Shown: positions 57,201 to 64,000 of the stretch, piece after piece
Position numbering within the stretch: the stretch's first letter is position 1
How the letters are laid out: each line of letters opens with the position of its first letter
Assembly: GCA_000708835.1 (NCBI GenBank)
Contig: DF237423.1
Span: forward strand, 1 to 64,000
Direction of reading: 5' to 3'
Origin: Klebsormidium nitens
Taxonomy: Eukaryota > Plantae > Klebsormidiophyceae
Length of the DNA: 64,000 bases
Position numbers and translations under genes: made by a program
Notes under the pieces: model-generated
The model's database searches: none
What the model saw: only the letters and a program-made list of their open reading frames with translations
What the model was told of the DNA's origin: nothing

Positions 57201-59383
57201 GTGGAGGTCGACGCTGCGGTCGAGGGCGGAGTGGAGCGCGGACTTGTCCAGGAAGCACGGGGTGTACCTGGAAGTGCATAACATGATCTGGAAACACTTC
57301 ATACCTTACCCTTAAAAGTGAAGTGTCAAAAAAGCACGTAGATACTGCTAGAGCGCCCATGTCCTCTGAAGTGGCATGATCGTCCGACGTGTTGGTGAAG
57401 CAACGGAATCGGAACTTGTCCTTGACTTGTCCTTGGCTGTAGTAAGTTCTCGTCACCACGACATTCAAAGAAGTTGCTGGTTTTTCAGCTGTACTTTGAA
57501 ATTTTACGTGACAAATTCCATGATGTAATCAGCGGATGAATCAGGGGCCAACGAAAAGATAGGGTCACAAGAGCAGACGGACAACTTAAAAAACTTACTT
57601 CAGCCCGTTACCATTGTGGAAACCGAAAGCTATCGAATGCCAGTCTTAAAAATGATTTGACTTGAATAGCCCAAGACACAACGCAGCTGGCCGAGCCTGA
57701 GCAGAGGGAACTCCGTGCTGATTTGAAGAAAGGCAACACCGCACACACCATAAGACTGTGGGAAAGGCGTGATAGATAAGGGTCTGCATCACCCGGAAAA
57801 GCTTGGTTGAAGATCGTCAACAAAGAACTCAACTTCAGGATCCGGTCCCGTATAAGGATTCTTTGAGAGTGCTCAGAAGTGAGACACACTCGCTTGACAC
57901 TCATAGTAATGCCAGTTGGCTTGAGATGTGAAACGCAGGTCTCACCAGCGCACACCGTCTTCGCTCGGCACCACGACATTGAAGTTGTGCGCGACGAAGA
58001 TAGGGGTCCCAGTGAACCCCCGCGCTGCCCGCCAGCCAAACTGCCTCCGAAGGATGCGCTTTGCAGCGCGCACCTGCTTCTTGTTGGGAACCAGCTTGAA
58101 GGCATCTGAGTCCATCTGCATAATGCGGCAGAGTGTTTAATCGAAACACTTGAGCAGGTGTGGGGTTCTTGAGTGTAGCCTAAGTGAGACTTGTTGGCTA
58201 ATGAGTGTCCAACTGAGACACTTACAATTGATGGAAGAGGCTTCCACTCAGATAGAGGAATGAGCAGACGCCTACTTTCGCAGAGGTTCATTCAGAGGTG
58301 GATACTCATACGACGATTTGGCTTGAGCGAAACGGATAAGTTGCTAATCAAAGCGGCTATATTTGGTTGGTGGGAGGATCAGCACGCTGACATGCCAGGT
58401 GTACTACCGTGAGTGTCCCCTACTGCGCAAGAAAAAGGCACCAGCGGAAGGTCGGTTCACGATGTCGGGGAGGGGCAAGCTACCAACCAAGATTGCTATG
58501 TCGGAGGTGCGATTCTGACCTTAATGCAGTTGTAAGCATCCTGGAGGGAACACTCCACTACCGTGCTGCTCGACACCTCTGGCGACAAGAGCCAGCCCGC
58601 TTTAGTGACGTCGACCTGGCGGCCTGCACAAAGGAGGACATACAACCAAGTTTGTAAGCAGACTTCTGTTTGTATATAAGAGTCCTGCCACTGTACGGTG
58701 GGAGTAACGCCGCAAAAGACCTTCAGCACTTCTCTAGTTCTAATGTTGTGATTGTGACTTGATTAATAGTTTCACACAACCAAAGAAACAAGCTAGCTCA
58801 GGGAAACAGGCTGGACGAGAGTGGAGAACGGATTCAAGATCTGCTTTTCCATGCTCCCACTCTAAATCTGTACCAAGTCGAAGTGAGCAGAGCAGAAAGA
58901 CGACGACTCACTTGCCGCCTCCTTGTCCAAAAAGAACTCGAAGCGCGGCTTCTCCCGGCCCCGGTTGACCCACCACAGGAGTCCCTTCTCCACCGCTCTC
59001 CCCACCGGCATGTCATTCATCGCTTCCAAGAAGCCAGGGAGAGGGTTTCCTGGGGGCAGCTTCTGCACAGGGCCCAGAGACACCATCTGCTTCCTGGCTC
59101 TGTCTCCCATGGTGTAAACGGACCCCACAAAGGTGGGCCCCAGGGGCCCTTCAGTGTCAGGGGTGTCAGCATTTGAATGGGGGGTCGGCTTATGGGAGTG
59201 AATGAGGGGAGTGGAAGACGGCTGTGCGCAACCGGAAGGGAAGGGGCTGGGGTCGTCGGCGATGAAGTTTGAGGAGGTGCCAGCGGAAAGGAGACCGGGG
59301 AGGGCGGCTGATGTCAGCGAAGCTGGGTTATCACCTCGTCCGTGGCTTTCACGAGTGGTGGTACGCCTTGATGCTGCACACAA
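54258..59383 (-). CDS. Tic22-like family protein (At5g62650-like) with a long G/S-rich C-terminal extension; N-terminal exons unresolved (probably up to ~60500)
   Basis: Exons include ...KPRFEFFLDKEAA, DSDAFKLVPNKKQVRAAKR...FTGTPIFVAH, YTPCFLDKSALHSALDRSVDLHFEGLIRTRRAQR...LLEPSDVKDLMEE and DLFDDVVLGNKWGRSAVGLQPHFSISVDSFE (from 56120). These match remembered motifs of the plant Tic22-like protein (TPYFFDK..LD..L..SVD.HF..LI.TR; VD.VLLG.RW...GIQP....VDSFE). The stop is at 54354 or, if spliced, ~54258. Confidence 0.78.
56085..56350 (-). repeat. Three tandem ~110-bp copies of acceptor plus exon start (cag|GACCTTTTYGACGACGT...GGCAACAAG)
   Basis: Copies start at 56341, 56231 and 56120, and all retain CAG. 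Confidence 0.9.
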
Positions 59384-60598
59384 CGTAAAGAGCTATGTGA
59401 CAGTCGACCAGGCTGACAGCATTGCTGCTGAGAAGATTCAGGAATGTTTCCAGCCATGCCCTACTCACAGATAAGTTACAATGTGATTGTACCAACTAAG
59501 GCTGCTTAATCAGAGAATGTTCCTTCGAGCGACATTAACTTCCAGAATCATGCACTTGATAACAAAACCCACCACCATGAAAGTAATGACATTTTTCTTG
59601 AGTGAAGCCATCAATGGGCAAGGGAGGATTGACAGTGACTGATTTTGGCAGAGTCCTTATCCGAGGGCGCCACGCCATATCTTCATGCTTCAATCCAAGT
59701 GACCAACTCACCTGCACTGGTCCAAAGCTGGTCTGAACCGCTCTGTGTGAGCACCATTGGTAGTTCCATTCTGCCTTCTTGAAAGCTCTTCTCACGAGGG
59801 ATGCACTTCTAAACAAACGGCTTGAACATGAGCGGTGTTGGTAACCACACCTTCACATCCAAAAAACCCTCCTCCTCTAAGAATGTGAGCTAGCTTCTAC
59901 TTTGGAAGTTGCAAGCTAGCTAGTTGCAAAGAGTTACCTGACATGGTAACGCCCTGACAATCTGCAATCTTTAAACAGATAATGATGCAGCCGCTGGTCG
60001 GCACAGCAATCCAGCACCCGCAAACTCTGTGCCAGGCGGAAATGTCAAATATCTTTCTGCCAGCTGCCGCTTCTGACTACCCTTACACTCCTGACTCAGA
60101 TAAGAAGAGCTATCCTCAAAGTGCCCTGGAACAGCGCTGCAACTTGGTACCCCTCTCTTTGCGGAAGCTGCTTCTGCTGCTGAACGATGAATCCTCTGTC
60201 AATGGCTTCCTCCTCATGAGATCTAGCAAGGTGGGAGAAAATATTCGAGGTTTTCTGGATGTGGGATAAGTAGGCAGCAATCTCCAAGACATGCGCGTAG
60301 CCCTTAGTCCAATATTCTTTTGGAAGACAATATGACGGGCGATAATCGATTATAAGCGGAGGGCTGACTAGTGCCGAAATTTCTAGCTTTCCCGAAATGC
60401 CTGGCCCTGGAGCTGGAGCTGGGCAGAGTCTTCTGAGAAGTCTAGACTCTGATTGTCGCCACTCGCATTGCTGCAGGTTTCGCCATGATGATGTGGTCTG
60501 CAAAGGTAGAGTAGCTTTCCTAGTCAAACGTTCAGACTCGCAACAGAATGTGTACTCGCTCTTAGGTCCATGGTTCACGCTACGGCCTTATAAAAGAA

Positions 60599-60624
60599 GT
60601 ATGTATGTATGTATGTATGTATGT
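60599..60624 (+). repeat. (GTAT)n microsatellite
   Basis: gtatgtatgtatgtatgtatgtatgt. Confidence 0.85.
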
Positions 60625-61307
60625 GGTCTGCAAAGCTACTGTAGCTGAGCATACAAAATAAGAGTATCAAAGCTGGTGCATTGTGGGAGGTGGTGTAGCA
60701 GTCCAGCTTGTTGAAAGTCCCGCTTGATTCCCTGCAAAAACTGGGTCTGCGTCGGAAGTGGTTTGGCTTCATACCACCATGGGAGCAGCAAGCAGCTCCG
60801 ATGCTCCTCCTGACTGCGCGCAAGGAGTCCGCTTCACCAGCATTCGAGGGGTTGGGGCCGCTGACGTGCTCTGGGATGGAGATGATTGGGGACGATCAAA
60901 AGGTATTTACTTGATGCCCTTTGCTATCACAATCAGCATTTGCCCCCCTGGTTTTTGAGTTAAGCTGGACTAATTTCAATTCCAGAAGCGCTGCATCGCT
61001 ACGAAAACTCAACCCGGAAGAATCAATGAGAATCTCAGAATTGTATAGGGTGCCAGTTCCGCAACAATTGTCTCACTGAGCGCTGTTGGTTTTTCCACAA
61101 TTGCATGTTGGCGCCACCGCATGTCGTGGACAAAGTGTTGGCATAGATTGCGAATAGCCCCCTGTTACTTCACAAGCTTTGATCTTTCTGAGATACAAGC
61201 TTTTCAAGCCAACCAGAAATACACCGATTAGCAACTGCCACCAGGAAGCTGCATCTTTGAAATCTACCAGGCTTGCGAGGCGTATCAGCTTGAAAGATGG
61301 AAGCAGT

Positions 61308-61353
61308 CATTGCCACCTCTGCCAGAAGTGCATTGCCACCTCTGCCAGAAGTG
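61308..61353 (+). repeat. Perfect 23-bp tandem duplication (cattgccacctctgccagaagtg x2)
   Basis: Read directly from the sequence. Confidence 0.8.
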
Positions 61354-61894
61354 TTGAAAAGGGGAATTGATCATTGACAATCCAAAAGCAGAACAGTTCT
61401 TTGACAGTTGCACATTTGAAGGTCTGCCAGTTCCAACCAGACATTAAGGCAGTGTAGCTGAATACCATGATGTCAGCTTTTCTCATTGATGCTTATGGCA
61501 TGATTTCCTGTTGCAGGTGGTCAGTTGTTAGAATCAAGGATGTTTGAGTTGGAGATACACACGTTTCCAGAAAGAGGGCCTCCGCTCGCGTCCATGACCA
61601 ACAATCTGTTCACCCGGGACTGGGCGAACCCCATTCTTTCAAACTTCAAGCTAAGAAGGTAGGTCAGGAGCCTCCGAAGATTGTTCAGTTGAGGCAGGGA
61701 CACCAAGTATACTCATAGGCACTCCTCTTGAAAGAGACGCTGGCAGATCTGCACGTAACGTCTTACAAGGTCAGTGGGAAGTTGATTCCTCCCGTGCAAG
61801 GCAGCCTTTCAGCAGTCCAGCTTGCTCTGCACCGGCTCCTCTTTGGATTCTTGCCTTTGCTTCTGATTGCCACTAGTAGACTTCACCAGCAAAG

Positions 61895-64000
61895 ATGGAT
61901 ACCCCACGTTTCAGGGTCCAGAGAGCCAATGATAAGAAGCCAGAGCACCTTCGGCTGGTCAAGATACGGGGGGACGGCAAGTGTCTATTCAGAGCTATGG
62001 TGAGAATATTCTCTTCCCACTTTCTTCAACTGGCTGACCTTCCAACCCATTCTCATCAGCAAGGCTTCAACTTCAAGAATAAATCACATATGTTGCTTAT
62101 TCACACGTCGCAATCGTCCAGTGGGCTGGGCGCTCATCTCGACCTTGAGCAGACGTTTCTGTTGCCATCACAAGCTGGTGTTTGACATTTGAAAGCTCAT
62201 TCCGGCACGCAGTTTTTTTGTCGTCTGTTGATCAGAAACGGCAGGACAACCACAAAGTCAATCCAGAAGGTGCAGCCTTTACTTGGTTTACATGTCGTAA
62301 GGTATTAATCTAGACAAGACGTTGTTCAAATGTACGTCCTCTTTTTGACCCGTTCCGTCTTCTCCTCCAGGCATGCGGCCTTGCTGCGAATAAAGGAGAG
62401 GTCCTCGGGTTTCGGGAAGAAGAAGAAGCAGGTCCGTTGGCCTTCTTGCATTGCGTGCTAGTTGGCTGAGGCCAAAGCTAAGAAAATTGCTATCAGCATG
62501 TTCTAGCTGATTGACTATATTCAGTGATTCTCCTCCAACGCTTTACTAAAACGGAGTGGGCCCGAACCCTTCTTGGCCCGTCCTAAACGCTAAGATGAGA
62601 GGATAAATACAAGACGTTCCGCTTGTTTCTGCACAAGCTGAAAGCGTTCAAAAAGGTTCGTACTGATAACCACCGATTGTTTCCAGATAACGGACGCTGA
62701 ACCCGTTCTCACTGCTCTTGCGAATGCAGACAGTCTGCGCCTGGCGGTACACGACGCCCTATGTACAAACGAGCGGCGGCGGCGGCAGTACGAGGAGGCC
62801 CTCATTGCAATCACTTTAGACCAGTCCGTCGAAAGGTAAGACCGCAAGCCTAACCACTGCATGCCGAACCAATTTGATTTGCGGAGTCTCAGTCTTTGAT
62901 TCTTTACAGGCGTCAAACCGCGTTGCTCTTCATGAGTCGAGTGTGGAAGACTGCCATCAGTGTAAGTCTCAGTTGTGTGTTTGTACGACAATCTCATCTC
63001 AGCTTTATAGACGTTCTTTCAAGTGCAGCGTGCCTCTTTGTTCGGATTCTTTTTGTTATCTCGTCGGATCTGTCTGGCTGCCCAAAAGGCGGTCAATCGA
63101 ACATTCCTTTCCTAGGAGCTTTGCGGTTTCCTGCCCAGTTACCCTCTGTTAGCTGTTGTTAAGTATGCTTCGCTGGAGTAGCTCGTCACAAGGCCACTCC
63201 CAAACTCGGTTTCTCTAGCTCTGTTTCTCCCCAGCCTGTGGATAAGCGTTTGAAGAATCCGCTGACTCGCGCTTCTACTTGCTGGTCAGCGCCGAATGTA
63301 TATATGACTGCCGTAGGAAAGCCACTTCCTTTCCGGGTTGCAAGCAGGTACTGCACGCGATTAAGCAGACCAGATTTCTGGGGAGGGGAGCCGGAAATGC
63401 TGGTGAGTTCGCGGTCGTGGATTCGGAATCTGCGACTCGGTCTTCTTGCAGGTTGTATGGCGTCCCGTCTAATACAGGGTCAGTACGGCAGACCTTCTTA
63501 CATGAGGGCAAGCCAATTTGCGAAGTTGCTGGCCTATTTCCAAGTTGTTGGGACACAACGGACAATTTGTGCGTCGGCCAAGTGCGAAGTCCGCAAACTT
63601 GTGAAAGAAACTTATGGATCGGCCAGGGTTCTGGGATTGTCCAGAACCTTCTAAATTCCAGGTACGTTTTATGATTGATCAATGCGTTATCGTCTTTTCC
63701 ATTACGCAGGTCTTATCTCGAATGCTCAAGCTGCCAATATACGTCTACGTTCCAGAATCGACGGTAAGCGTGGCTCCTGTTGACCTTCCCCAATTCGGAC
63801 GTTCGACTGCCTGGGCGGATTCCGGTCGGAAGCATCAGCATAGACAGATAATTTGTCATCACCAAACCGTCTTCTTTCCTCCAACGTGTGTGCAACAGAG
63901 AAGCAAAACCCAAGAGTCGATTTTGATGAATCGACAGCCGTTATCCCCATTGCGCTTTACTGACGTCGGTTGCTCTGCCTTGCTTTTGCAGACGAGGTTC
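61895..64000 (+). CDS. OTU-domain deubiquitinase (plant OTU3/At2g38025-like); 3' end beyond the window, 5' end uncertain
   Basis: The exons read LVKIRGDGKCLFRAM (to 61999)|ACGLAANKG...EEEA|DSLRLAVHDALC...YEEALIAITLDQSVE|RYCTRLSRPDFWGGEPEML|VLSRMLKLPIYVYVPE. The catalytic DGxC and WGG motifs are present. Confidence 0.9.

Noticed and set aside
1-64000. tRNA, rRNA or snRNA genes
   Set aside because: I recognised no cloverleaf, rRNA or Sm-site/USE signature by eye. A covariance-model scan is needed to exclude snoRNAs.

Overview
This is eukaryotic, intron-rich nuclear DNA with GT-AG introns. The gene content includes a plastid-type AKR, a Tic22-like gene, a plant-type OTU3, and ciliary CDKL5/LF5 and ARL6/BBS3. 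That fits a flagellate-stage streptophyte green alga such as Klebsormidium (inference). I hand-spliced about 10 genes: an aldo-keto reductase (+), a GT90/CAP10 glycosyltransferase (-), a CDKL5-like kinase (-) head-to-head with ARL6/BBS3 (+), a PLAC8 protein (+), a prokaryote-like helix-hairpin-helix protein with an acidic tail (-) head-to-head with a chlamydial-type pyruvoyl-dependent arginine decarboxylase (+), an intronless F-box/LRR gene (-), a Tic22-like gene (-) and an OTU deubiquitinase (+, runs off the window). There is also a disrupted FkbM methyltransferase carrying a TA-flanked MITE, which has a second diverged copy nearby. Four observations stand out. (1) A spliced AaxB/PvlArgDC-type enzyme has its intact YT^S self-cleavage site. 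(2) Degenerate tandem duplications of 65-200 bp are anchored on splice junctions in at least 5 genes, stacking spare acceptors and donors and some AG|GT recursive-type sites. (3) CpG is depleted in 5'-proximal introns, the inverse of the vertebrate pattern. (4) A distant branch point has a roughly 230-nt AG-free pyrimidine tract. Exon models were made by eye, and protein family calls come from remembered motifs, not database searches.
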